A stretch of DNA of 64,000 bases from Thermoplasmata archaeon (GTDB taxonomy: Archaea > Thermoplasmatota > Thermoplasmata > UBA10834), in contig DATKWQ010000022.1 in assembly GCA_035529455.1 (NCBI GenBank), forward strand, positions 7,418 through 71,417, read 5' to 3'. The notes beneath the pieces are model-generated. The model was not told the DNA's origin, did no database searches, and saw nothing but the letters and a program-made list of their open reading frames with translations. Made by a program: the position numbers and the translations under genes. Shown in pieces: positions 1 to 8,855 of this stretch; position 1 is the first letter of the stretch; the number at the start of each line of letters is the position of its first letter.

Positions 1-60
1 ATGGAGACAGGATGTTCTAACTGTTATATAAATTGTGGAATCTGGCAGATGGCATCCGGC

Positions 61-3000
61 TCACTCACCGTCGCCTTCGTTGTTTTCCCGACGGTCACGA
101 CGTAATCTGACACGGTATACCGCGAACACGACCAAGGTGAACATCACGGGGAGCGCAACATCCGAGAACTCGGGTATCTTCTCGAATATGACCTCTATGT
201 CCGCTGTCGTGTTCTGGGTCCAGAGCATGCACACGGTCGACTCGCTCGGTGCAGAGTAAATCGATGTCAGATAGTTCTTGTCATATGCGTTCGAGGCGAT
301 CGTAACAGATGACCAGGTCGTTCCGACTCTCTTCTGTACCTGTAGCACATCCGTGGCCGCATCCTGTATCCACATCGCGTACAGGTTGCCGGTTTCCGCG
401 TCCAGAGATATAGTGGGGAATCTGTTGCCATACGTCGCGCCGCTGGCGAGCTCCTCCGAAGTGGACCAATCCGAGCCGTCGTAGTAGGCGTACATCACAT
501 ACCCCTGCCACGACCCTAAGACCTCATCCCCTGTTCCGTAGACGACATGGAGCACGCCATCACCGTCGATGACCGCCGACGCGGGCGAGTAACGAGTATT
601 TTCGGCGCTATCACCAGCGGCGTAAAGAACGGTCGTCCCTCCAGTCCAACCAGAACCGTCGTAGGCCATACACCTAACTTCGCCCAGATTCGAAATGATT
701 GCCCAGGCGATCTCGTCCGAACCCTCTTTCGCGGGAACGATCACGCCGCGGACCTCTTCAGAAGCTCCGTACGGACTGAGAAGGTTGGTCGCGGCGCTCC
801 ACACACTGTTGTCGCCCGGTATGGTGCTGCTGAAGGCTTTCATTTGGAACTGTGGGTTCGTTAGGTGCACGCGCGAGCTGGCTAGGGCTCGAAGGGTTCC
901 TGCAGCGTCCATGCATATGAATGTGTTCTTGCTGGCGGTATTGAAGCCAGTGGATACTGTGAGCGTCGTTTCGGTATCCCAGGTGATTTGGGGGGTCGGC
1001 CCGGTCGTGACCGTGCCATTAATCACACTCACGTTGCCATCCGCGGCAGAGGTGTCGCCGATCACATAGACCCTGCTTAGGGTTGAGTTGTACCACAGAG
1101 ACGCTTCGTTGACCCCAACAGTATCGAAGACCCTGCCGCTATTCACTCCGTTGTCAGTCCACGTCTCTCCATCATCGCTGCTGTATCTGCACATTGTGTT
1201 AGACCCGTCCCAGTAGATGCTCCAGAAGTTGACGCCGTCGTAGAAGACCTTCCTCTGGTACGACATTGCAGTAGCCGTGTCCGGTATCGAGGAGCCGTCA
1301 ACAGGCCAGGCTCTGATGTCAGCCATCGATGACGCCAAGTAGGATTCGTCAACGGTGGCCGAGTCGGTTCTGCCTTGCCAGTCAGTGGTCTCGATGATGA
1401 AGTCAATGTCCGCAGAGCCTCCGAGGGCGCCCGTTGGCAGGCCGAGCTCCATGCGCTGAAGGTCCTTGGCCAGCTCAATAGTCACAACGACCTCGTGCCA
1501 TGCACCGCTGCTGAACTCGTACAACTTCTTTGATTCGACCACTCCGAACTGGCCTATGACTTCGACCATGTAGTCCGCACCGATGACCTTGGAGTCGAGC
1601 GAGACCGATAGGCCCGTGCTCGTCGTCATATCAGAATCGACGTATATCCTGAGGAAGTCCTCGCCCGTCTTCCTTGTCGGCGTCACGGGGCTACCACCGC
1701 CTCCCGTGCCCGTCGGCTTGCCCTTCAGGGCTGGGACGTATGTGCCACTGCACATCTCGCCCTCCACACTCACATAGAAGAACGACGACTGCGCATCGCT
1801 CGCCATACCTGTCGCGTCGATGTCTATGTTGATGTTGTCGACTGTGACGAGGTCCACATCCGGGACGGTGAGGGCGCTCCAATCGGCGAACGCGCCGTCT
1901 ATCTCGATGCCGACCGGAGCGGCGCCGACATATCCGCGCGCGCCGTCTCCGACGACCTCCACATGGGAGAATGACCATTCGCTGCTGCCCACGACGACGG
2001 AGAGCGAGTAGAAGTCACCCGTGGTGACCGCGCTCAGGTCGTCCGCGCTGACGTCGATAGTCAATGGTGCGTCGCCCGGATCGAGTGAGACACCGCCCGT
2101 GATGGACTCGGAGAAGCTGACCCCTGTCTCGCTCATCGAGATGGAGTCGATGCTGCCCTCGGCTCCCTGGCAGCTGAGCCTGAGCCTCAGGACGGGAACA
2201 TCCGACGAGTTCAGTAGTATTCCACTCGAGGGAACCAGCGATTCCTGCTCGACTATCAGCAGGCCGCCTTCGGCAGGAGTCTCGTAGCTGATCGCACGGT
2301 TCTCGAGCCCGTCCTGCGACATCAATAGGAATTTCGCCGATGACCCCAAACCGGCTGGGAGGACAGCCTTAGCCTCCATCTGGTCGCCCTGGACGCGGTG
2401 GGACAGCGAGCCGATCGCCACCCACGAGTTCCAGTCGCGGTCATCGCTGTTCGAGTCGTAGCTCATGAGGGATGTCGATTGGACGGAGTCGTCCCAACCA
2501 TCGAGCTCGAGTAGGTAGTCTGCCCCCAGCGAACCGACTGCATAGCCCGTCGACGACGAACCATCGGAATCGACGAACAGGAAGAAGCTGTCCACGACCG
2601 TCGTGCTCATGATGTCGTCCTGTGCTTTCACGTACAGGTATAGGTCGTTCGAGTCCGCACGGGCCGTCCATTCCTCGATGTCGATGGTCGGGGCTGAAGA
2701 CGCGGATACCTTGACCCCGAACATGTCGATATCAGACCAGTCCGAGAAGTCGCCATCGACGGTGAACGCCCCGGACTCGGTGTAGTATGCGAAATAGATG
2801 AAGGTCGGGATTATGATAAGGACAGCGACCAAGACGGCGAGGAACGGCCACCTGGTGAGCGACGAGAATCGCCGACCACCTGGACGGCCGACGCTACGCT
2901 CGCCCCTGGTACCGTTGATCATTCCGGTACCGTTTATCATGCCTGTGCCGTTGACCATACCAGTCCCGTTGACCATGCCCGTCCCGTTGACCATGCCCGT

Positions 3001-3585
3001 TCCATTGACGAGACCGGTTCCGTTCACGGCGCCTCTGCCATTCGTCAGACCGCGCTCTGCCACGCGCGATTCCGCAGGGCCGGCGGTCACAGCTCCAACC
3101 GGCGGTGCAACGGCTTCGGGCTCCTCATCGGGTTCCGGCTCAGGCGACTCGGATTCTTCGATCGCCATCAACAACGGCTCTGGCGCCTCTGGTTCCGCGG
3201 CATCGAACTCCACGCCACAGCTGGGACACTTGGCAGCCCCTGGAGCGACGGCGACACCGCATTCGGGACACTCCAACAGGTCCTCGTCCGTGACGACAGG
3301 CACTCCGCATCGAGGGCACTTGGCCATGCCGGCCTCGAGGTTCATGCCGCAGGACGGACACGACATCTTCGCATCCGGCAGGCCCACCGTCGGGATGTCG
3401 GCTGCTTCGAAATCTTCCTTGGCCTGCGCCGACTGGAGGCGCTGCATGAGCCGCTTCTCGATTACCTTGTCGAGCTCCCTCCTCGTAAGGACTGTCTCGA
3501 GTCGTGTCGAGCAGAATGGACATCGTTCGGCATCGGGAGAAACCTTGTTGCCGCACAGTGGACAGTACACGGATTCCGTCTTCAA
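61..3585 (-). CDS. Large membrane-anchored surface protein: N-terminal zinc ribbons (cytoplasmic), NGTGMV tandem repeats, one TM helix, roughly 870-aa ectodomain with BNR/Asp-box-like motifs, C-terminal PEF-CTERM sorting signal
   Basis: 1174-aa ORF. N-term has three CxxC(x9-11)CxxC pairs (CPLCGNKV..CPFCS, CPSCG..CPRCG, CPECG..CPSCG). Nine NGTGMV repeats, then TM segment WPFLAVLVAVLIIIPTFIYFAYY. Asp-box-like motifs such as YSSDDGETWTD and AYDGSGWTGG. C-terminus ...IPEFSDVALPVMFTLVVFAVYRVRLRRDRR matches the PEF-CTERM archaeosortase signal. Confidence 0.6.
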   Translation of the reverse strand: MKTESVYCPLCGNKVSPDAERCPFCSTRLETVLTRRELDKVIEKRLMQRLQSAQAKEDFEAADIPTVGLPDAKMSCPSCGMNLEAGMAKCPRCGVPVVTDEDLLECPECGVAVAPGAAKCPSCGVEFDAAEPEAPEPLLMAIEESESPEPEPDEEPEAVAPPVGAVTAGPAESRVAERGLTNGRGAVNGTGLVNGTGMVNGTGMVNGTGMVNGTGMINGTGMINGTRGERSVGRPGGRRFSSLTRWPFLAVLVAVLIIIPTFIYFAYYTESGAFTVDGDFSDWSDIDMFGVKVSASSAPTIDIEEWTARADSNDLYLYVKAQDDIMSTTVVDSFFLFVDSDGSSSTGYAVGSLGADYLLELDGWDDSVQSTSLMSYDSNSDDRDWNSWVAIGSLSHRVQGDQMEAKAVLPAGLGSSAKFLLMSQDGLENRAISYETPAEGGLLIVEQESLVPSSGILLNSSDVPVLRLRLSCQGAEGSIDSISMSETGVSFSESITGGVSLDPGDAPLTIDVSADDLSAVTTGDFYSLSVVVGSSEWSFSHVEVVGDGARGYVGAAPVGIEIDGAFADWSALTVPDVDLVTVDNINIDIDATGMASDAQSSFFYVSVEGEMCSGTYVPALKGKPTGTGGGGSPVTPTRKTGEDFLRIYVDSDMTTSTGLSVSLDSKVIGADYMVEVIGQFGVVESKKLYEFSSGAWHEVVVTIELAKDLQRMELGLPTGALGGSADIDFIIETTDWQGRTDSATVDESYLASSMADIRAWPVDGSSIPDTATAMSYQRKVFYDGVNFWSIYWDGSNTMCRYSSDDGETWTDNGVNSGRVFDTVGVNEASLWYNSTLSRVYVIGDTSAADGNVSVINGTVTTGPTPQITWDTETTLTVSTGFNTASKNTFICMDAAGTLRALASSRVHLTNPQFQMKAFSSTIPGDNSVWSAATNLLSPYGASEEVRGVIVPAKEGSDEIAWAIISNLGEVRCMAYDGSGWTGGTTVLYAAGDSAENTRYSPASAVIDGDGVLHVVYGTGDEVLGSWQGYVMYAYYDGSDWSTSEELASGATYGNRFPTISLDAETGNLYAMWIQDAATDVLQVQKRVGTTWSSVTIASNAYDKNYLTSIYSAPSESTVCMLWTQNTTADIEVIFEKIPEFSDVALPVMFTLVVFAVYRVRLRRDRRENNEGDGE
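2895..3055 (-). repeat. 18-nt tandem repeat (about 9 copies) encoding NGTG(M/L)(V/I) inside the CDS
   Basis: Plus strand shows repeated ccgttgaccatgcccgtc-like units (ccgttgatcat, ccgtttatcat, ccgttgaccat x3, ccattgacgag ...). The translated product carries VNGTGLVNGTGMVNGTGMVNGTGMVNGTGMINGTGMINGT. Confidence 0.6.
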
Positions 3586-3903
3586 ACCTCAAACACCTCT
3601 CTGGAGGACTGTCAATGTCAGACAAACGCATGTCACAAAGGGAAACGGTGCCTGACTCATTGGGGGACAGATATAGCACTCAAGCTCTATATAAATATCT
3701 GGCGTCGTGTCCAGGGGTTCTCGATTCCGTCTTAAGGACGGAATGCGGGTGTCGGACGGCTCCGTCTGACGATTCTTGCCCATACCTGCAGGCCATCGTG
3801 CGCACGCGAAACGCGAGTGATCGCGGGGCCATCTCCCGGTCATCCGTCGCTCCGACAACTTTAATATACGCTCGCAGGCCTGGGAAGGCATGGTGAAGCA
3901 GGC

Positions 3904-5358
3904 ATGGCATGGAGAGGTCCGCTGGAGAAGCTCGACGAGTTCAGATACCAGATCCCAAGGTCCTTCAAGCAGTGCATGCACACGGACGCTGTGATATTCG
4001 CCGACGACAAGATGATGGAATCCATCAAGAAGGACGATGCACTCGAGCAGGCCGCCAACGTCGCTTGCCTCCCCGGCATAGTTGGCAAGTCCTATGCGAT
4101 GCCCGACATTCACTGGGGCTACGGATTCCCGATAGGTGGCGTCGCCGCTTTCGACGCGGAGAACGGCGTGATATCCCCAGGTGGGATAGGATACGACGTG
4201 AACTGCGGCGTGCGGCTCGTCCGGACGAACCTGACGGTGAAGGACGTCGAGCACCGCGTAAAGGAACTGGTGGACTCTGCATTCGCCAATGTCCCCTCAG
4301 GCGTCGGGGAGAAGGGCAGACTCAGGCTGTCCCAGGCCGAGATAGACGAGGTGCTCCAGGAAGGGGCTGGCTGGGCGGTCTCCCGCGGTTATGGTTGGGA
4401 GGACGACATAGTCGCCTGCGAAGAGGGGGGATGCATGAAGACAGCGGATCCCTCGATGGTAGGCCAGAAAGCCAAGCAGAGGGGTGCCCCACAACTCGGC
4501 ACGTTGGGCGGTGGGAACCACTTCATCGAGATACAGAGAGTCGACAAGATATTCGACGAGGCGGCAGCCAAGGCGTTCGGCATCACAGGTGAGGGACAGA
4601 TCACCGTGAGCATACACTCAGGCTCGAGGGGCTGCGGCCATCAGATCGCCAGCGATTACATACGCGTGATGGAGGACGCGCTCAAGAAGTACGGAATAGC
4701 TGTCCCCGACAGGCAGCTGGCATGCGCACCTGTCAACTCCGAAGAGGGGCGCGAGTGCTTCGCTGCCATGAGCGCGGCCGCGAACTACGCATGGACCAAC
4801 CGACAGATTATACTCCACTGGCTCAGAGAGTCGTTCGAGAAGACCCTCGGCGCGACCGCCGAGGAGATGGGGATGGACTTGGTCTACGACGTGGCGCACA
4901 ACATCTGCAAGGTCGAGGAGCACACCGTCGACGGGCGGAGGATGAAGGTCTATGTTCACAGAAAGGGCGCCACGAGGGCGTTCGACTCATCCAGGCAGGA
5001 GGTCCCTATCAAGTATCGATCCGTCGGACAGCCTGTGTTGATACCCGGGGATATGGGCAGCGCGAGCTACGTCCTGGTGGGCACGGCTGGCGCGATGGCG
5101 GAGACCTTCGGCTCCACCTGTCACGGCGCTGGAAGACAGATGTCGAGGACCGCCGCGACGAAGCGCTTCTCGGTGAACGAAGTCGTGTCCGCCCTTAGAA
5201 AGGACGGTATCTACGTCCGCGCGGCATCAAAGGACGGGATAGTCGAGGAGGCACCAGGAGCGTACAAGGATGTCGACGAGGTGGTCGGCATAGCTCATGG
5301 CGCCGGAATCTCGCGAATGGTCGCGCGGCTGCGACCGATGGGTGTAATGAAAGGCTGA
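3904..5358 (+). CDS. rtcB: RtcB RNA-splicing ligase (3'-phosphate/5'-OH tRNA ligase)
   Basis: 484 aa with RtcB motifs: DIHWGYGFPIGGVAAF, GYDVNCGVRL, GGGNHFIEIQ, and His-rich C-terminal region STCHGAGR. Confidence 0.9.
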   Translation: MAWRGPLEKLDEFRYQIPRSFKQCMHTDAVIFADDKMMESIKKDDALEQAANVACLPGIVGKSYAMPDIHWGYGFPIGGVAAFDAENGVISPGGIGYDVNCGVRLVRTNLTVKDVEHRVKELVDSAFANVPSGVGEKGRLRLSQAEIDEVLQEGAGWAVSRGYGWEDDIVACEEGGCMKTADPSMVGQKAKQRGAPQLGTLGGGNHFIEIQRVDKIFDEAAAKAFGITGEGQITVSIHSGSRGCGHQIASDYIRVMEDALKKYGIAVPDRQLACAPVNSEEGRECFAAMSAAANYAWTNRQIILHWLRESFEKTLGATAEEMGMDLVYDVAHNICKVEEHTVDGRRMKVYVHRKGATRAFDSSRQEVPIKYRSVGQPVLIPGDMGSASYVLVGTAGAMAETFGSTCHGAGRQMSRTAATKRFSVNEVVSALRKDGIYVRAASKDGIVEEAPGAYKDVDEVVGIAHGAGISRMVARLRPMGVMKG

Positions 5359-5366
5359 AGCCAAAG

Positions 5367-6728
5367 TCACAGGGCGATGAGCTTCTGAGCAGCGCGCGCC
5401 ACTCGTTCTATGCAGTCCGCGGGGCATGCGACCATGACCGCCCACTCGTATACCCGCCTGCTCTGCAACGATTGCGTGATAGAGCTCACGCGGGGCAGCA
5501 ACCGGACCTTGTCGCCGTCCACTATGCGGATGTCCATTAGCGACATCCGGGGTTCTGAGACCGGGAGCTCATGGGAGGGTATGTCGATCACCACATGCCC
5601 CGGGTCTATCCCAGCCTTTGCAGCGATGTCCTCCTCGAGCCGTCTGCGCTTCTTGAAATCTCCCATCTCCTCCACGGCGTCCCACTGGTTGTCTTCCACG
5701 TCCTGGGCAGCGATTGCGAAGGCCTTCTTGAAGAGGCGGCGGTACTTGATCCTGGTCGCGACCTCACGCGAGTACCCCCCCTGCGACACGAGGTGCGAAA
5801 GAAGGCTCGAATCGGTCATCTTGAAGACCGCCTCGATGTCGTCCGAGTCCAACATCTCAACCGCCTTGGCGAGCATGAGCTCGGCTATCCTCACCGTCTT
5901 GTGGTAGTACACCGTTGAGAACATGAGCGCCCTAGCGACCAGCATACCCTCCACTGCGCTCGCGCCACCCTTGCCGACGACGAGGTCGCCGTTGAACACC
6001 CCGACCGTGTCCATGAGACGGTCCAGGTCTATCACGCCGTAAGCAACTCCGGTGTAGTGCGCGTCGCGCATGAGATAGTCGAGCTGGTCGACGTCCACGG
6101 GGCCGCATATCATCTGCCCCAGGTACCTCCTGTCGTTGAAGTGCGCCTGGCCGCGGTGGCCCCCAAGCGTCTTCTGTTCTTGCTCGTCTCTTGCCGCCCC
6201 GGTCAGGAGAGCCGAGACGACCTTGGGATCTATGCCCTGCCGCTCCAGAGCGTCAACGACGCGCAGTTCCTCCCCGAGCACGGCGCTCTCCTCCTCTGAG
6301 ACCACCGTGTCCTGTCCGAGGACCAGCCGTTTAGATATCTCCACATGGTCGATCCCGAACTGCTCGTGCAGGACCATCTCGAACGTGTGGGAGTAGGGAA
6401 GATGGCCTATGTCGTGGAGCAGGGCGGCGCACTTGACGATCGCCGCTTCGTCCTCCTTGAGGCGCAACGAAGCGCTCATACGGTCGGCGACCGAAAAAGC
6501 ACCAAGTGAATGCTCGAGTCGTGTGTGGTTCGCACCTGGATAGACGAGGTTCGCAAGGCCTAGCTGGTGCACTCCGTGCAATCGTTGGAGCTCGTTCGAC
6601 TCCATGAGCGGCAGGAACGGGGAGTCGACCCGCACACTTCCGTGGACAGAATCCCTGATGACCTTGTAGCCTTCCACGGATGTCAGAGAGAGCATCGCCG
6701 CATATAATATTTCACCGAGTGGATGCAT
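5367..6728 (-). CDS. HD-domain phosphohydrolase, dNTP triphosphohydrolase-like (COG1078 family)
   Basis: HTRLEHSLGAF ... LLHDIGHLPYSH HD motif, followed by an alpha-helical C-terminal region. The ORF track extends to 6803, but the Arg/Cys-rich N-terminal extension looks spurious. ATG at 6728 (MHPLG...) or 6695 (MLSLTSVEGYKVIRDSVHG, the typical COG1078 N-terminus) is the likelier start. Confidence 0.65.
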   Translation of the reverse strand: MHPLGEILYAAMLSLTSVEGYKVIRDSVHGSVRVDSPFLPLMESNELQRLHGVHQLGLANLVYPGANHTRLEHSLGAFSVADRMSASLRLKEDEAAIVKCAALLHDIGHLPYSHTFEMVLHEQFGIDHVEISKRLVLGQDTVVSEEESAVLGEELRVVDALERQGIDPKVVSALLTGAARDEQEQKTLGGHRGQAHFNDRRYLGQMICGPVDVDQLDYLMRDAHYTGVAYGVIDLDRLMDTVGVFNGDLVVGKGGASAVEGMLVARALMFSTVYYHKTVRIAELMLAKAVEMLDSDDIEAVFKMTDSSLLSHLVSQGGYSREVATRIKYRRLFKKAFAIAAQDVEDNQWDAVEEMGDFKKRRRLEEDIAAKAGIDPGHVVIDIPSHELPVSEPRMSLMDIRIVDGDKVRLLPRVSSITQSLQSRRVYEWAVMVACPADCIERVARAAQKLIAL

Positions 6729-6877
6729 AAGTCGACCGGCGCTGCGGGGCATGCGCCGACCCGCGCAACTAGTAGAAAAAGGTTGGCAGTGGGCCCGGGC
6801 CACGACTGCGCAGTTCGGTGCAAATACTTTTAAGACTCGATTATGATTGTGATGATATCGCGAGGAGGGTCCCCCCC

Positions 6878-7603
6878 ATGCAATCCCGTGCTGAACCCAG
6901 TGAAGACAGGATACTCACTTACATCGATGGATTCGACAACAAGATAGGCGGAGGCATCCGCAAAGGCCACGTCGTCCTCCTTGCGGGCACGCCAGGAACG
7001 ATGAAGTCGTCGATCGCCCTCAACCTGCTGTACAACAATGTCAGCAAGAGAGGGGTGAATGTCCTTTATGTGAGCATCGAGGAGAGCAAGGACAGCCTCC
7101 TGGAATGCATGGACCGGCTCGGCTTCGGCGCCATCGACGAGAACAAGTTCTTCATAGTGGACATAGGCAAGCTCCGTCTGGAGCACACGGACGCCGACAT
7201 CGGAAGGGACTGGTTCAAGATACTGAAGGAGTATCTGAGGAAGAAGGTCGAGAACGAGGGTGTCGAAGTGATCGTCATCGACTCGTTGACGGCCGTGTAC
7301 TCGCTCACGCATATCCAGAGCCCCAGGCAGGAGCTGTTCCACTTCTTCGGGTTCCTCAAGAGACTTGGCGTCACGACATTCCTCATATCGGAGACGCAGC
7401 AGAACGGAAGCGCTTACGGACCGTTCCACGAGGATTACCTAGCGGATGGCACGCTGCTCCTCAAGTTCGTGGACGTCGGCGAGTCCGATGTGCAGCTTAG
7501 GATAAGGGCCGTCAAGATGCGGCACTCGAAGATACACCACGGATATCTGACGCTGTTGTTCCGGGATGGACAGTTCATGGCCACACCTCCCATCGCAGAA
7601 TGA
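6878..7603 (+). CDS. KaiC-like / RecA-superfamily ATPase, single domain
   Basis: Walker A GTPGTMKSS, KaiC-like ILTYIDGFDNKIGGGIRKGHVVLLAG, Walker B VIVIDSLT. Strong SD-like gaggaggg upstream of the ATG at 6878. The ORF track's 6818 start adds an implausible extension. Confidence 0.75.
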   Translation: MQSRAEPSEDRILTYIDGFDNKIGGGIRKGHVVLLAGTPGTMKSSIALNLLYNNVSKRGVNVLYVSIEESKDSLLECMDRLGFGAIDENKFFIVDIGKLRLEHTDADIGRDWFKILKEYLRKKVENEGVEVIVIDSLTAVYSLTHIQSPRQELFHFFGFLKRLGVTTFLISETQQNGSAYGPFHEDYLADGTLLLKFVDVGESDVQLRIRAVKMRHSKIHHGYLTLLFRDGQFMATPPIAE

Positions 7604-7715
7604 TGAGACCTGCTGGCGACTTCGACCTACCCCAGACAGCGTCTGCACAACCTCCCGTTAAGCAATCCAGCTATCGCTGGATATAAAGGAGATGGTTTCC
7701 TCGGTCCGGTTGCGT

Positions 7716-8111
7716 TCAGAAGCCGCCTTTGATCTTGTTCCTGTCGATCTTCACACCCTGTGGCGTTGCCATCAGCAGGTTCTTGCCGACCCCCGCCAGG
7801 TCACCGTTCACGTCCCGCGCGACGTTCTTCAGTTCGGATGTGATCCGCTTCATCGTCAGGTCGTCGTTGGCTATCGATGTGAAATCAAGGATGACTATGT
7901 TGCCGGCATACACCTCGCTTGTCAACATCGAAAGGTCCTCGTACCTGAACAGCTCGCCGACCTTCACAACCGTGCCAGATTCGTCGCCGCTCAAGATGTG
8001 CTCGTCATCGAACGACATCTCGCTCAGGTCGATGTACTGCTCGGCACTGGAGTGTTGTCTACCTTCTGATTCCTGCGATGAAGGGAAGGCCTTCTTCTTC
8101 AGAATTGTCAC
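7716..8111 (-). CDS. sepF: SepF-like cell-division protein (FtsZ-anchoring family)
   Basis: 131 aa. YIDLSEMSFDD...IVILDFTSI...DVNGDLAGVGKNLLMATPQGVKIDRNKI matches my recollection of the archaeal SepF (DUF552) core (E-DLs-d, ...GGDiv..g....l.TP.gV.I.R.K). Confidence 0.65.
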   Translation of the reverse strand: MTILKKKAFPSSQESEGRQHSSAEQYIDLSEMSFDDEHILSGDESGTVVKVGELFRYEDLSMLTSEVYAGNIVILDFTSIANDDLTMKRITSELKNVARDVNGDLAGVGKNLLMATPQGVKIDRNKIKGGF

Positions 8112-8145
8112 TGTGCATCCCTCTGGAAGAGGTATAACCTTGTTC

Positions 8146-8156
8146 AGATATAAAGC
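8146..8156 (-). promoter_or_regulatory. TATA-like element (minus-strand ctttatatc) about 35-45 nt upstream of the sepF-like ATG
   Basis: AT-rich ttatatc in an otherwise 60%-GC intergenic region, correctly oriented and spaced for an archaeal TATA box. Confidence 0.3.
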
Positions 8157-8309
8157 CTATCCTGCATGGCCAGGCACATCCTCCCGGCCGGTCGCCGCTA
8201 GGGGTCGGGGGTAATACATGCGCGGGTCATGCGAATGCGTCTATCTAACAAACCACGGATTTGTCTGCGCGTTCTACACCGAGAAGGGGCGTCTCCACCA
8301 GGGGGAACC

Positions 8310-8855
8310 TCAAGGATGCCCCTCGTCATCTATGAGCCAAAGCTTGTCCCCGACGTGATGAATGGACAGCACCGCCTTCCCCTTGGGCTTCTTTCGCATC
8401 TCCTCGGCGGACATGACGGCTCGTCCTATCGCCAGCGGCCTGGAGTTCCTCTCGTCCCTGACCCAGACGAGGTCGCCCTCCGATATCGAATCGGCGACCT
8501 CGACGATGCCAGGGCCCATCACGTCTGCGCCGTTCGCGACGAACTTGACAGCGCCCATGTCTACTGTCACGAATCGCTTGGTGGCTCCATATTTCAGAAT
8601 GCCACGGACCGTCAGGAAGGGCGCGCCTTCGACCACCATGGCGACCAATAAGTTGTCGATGAGGAGCACATCGAAATCCGGTGCCTCGGCTCTGTCCACG
8701 ATCGCAGTCTCCGTGACGGTCTTCGTTCCCATCGCGTCATCAATGGTCGAGAACAGGCTCTCGATCTCCTTCTGACGCAGCCTGTGCCGTCTCCGTATCT
8801 TGTATTCGGTCAAGGATTCACCCCGCGGACCGCATCCCAGCTGGCTCTGCACCAC
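8310..8855 (-). CDS. PUA-domain RNA-binding protein (COG2016 / MCT-1-like)
   Basis: N-terminal RRRHRLRQKEIESLF and C-terminal PUA-like segment KFVANGADVMGPGIVEV...GDLVWVRDERNSRPLAIGRAVMSAEEM...KGKAVLSIHHVGDKLW. The start is uncertain; the ORF-level overlap with the TPR gene is probably an artefact. Confidence 0.55.
   Translation of the reverse strand: MVQSQLGCGPRGESLTEYKIRRRHRLRQKEIESLFSTIDDAMGTKTVTETAIVDRAEAPDFDVLLIDNLLVAMVVEGAPFLTVRGILKYGATKRFVTVDMGAVKFVANGADVMGPGIVEVADSISEGDLVWVRDERNSRPLAIGRAVMSAEEMRKKPKGKAVLSIHHVGDKLWLIDDEGHP

Noticed and set aside
6696-6712. atataatatt stretch as a TATA box for the HD-domain gene
   Set aside because: Lies only 5-17 nt from the candidate ATG at 6695 and inside the coding region if the 6728 start is used; more likely AT-rich codons (AAMLSL).
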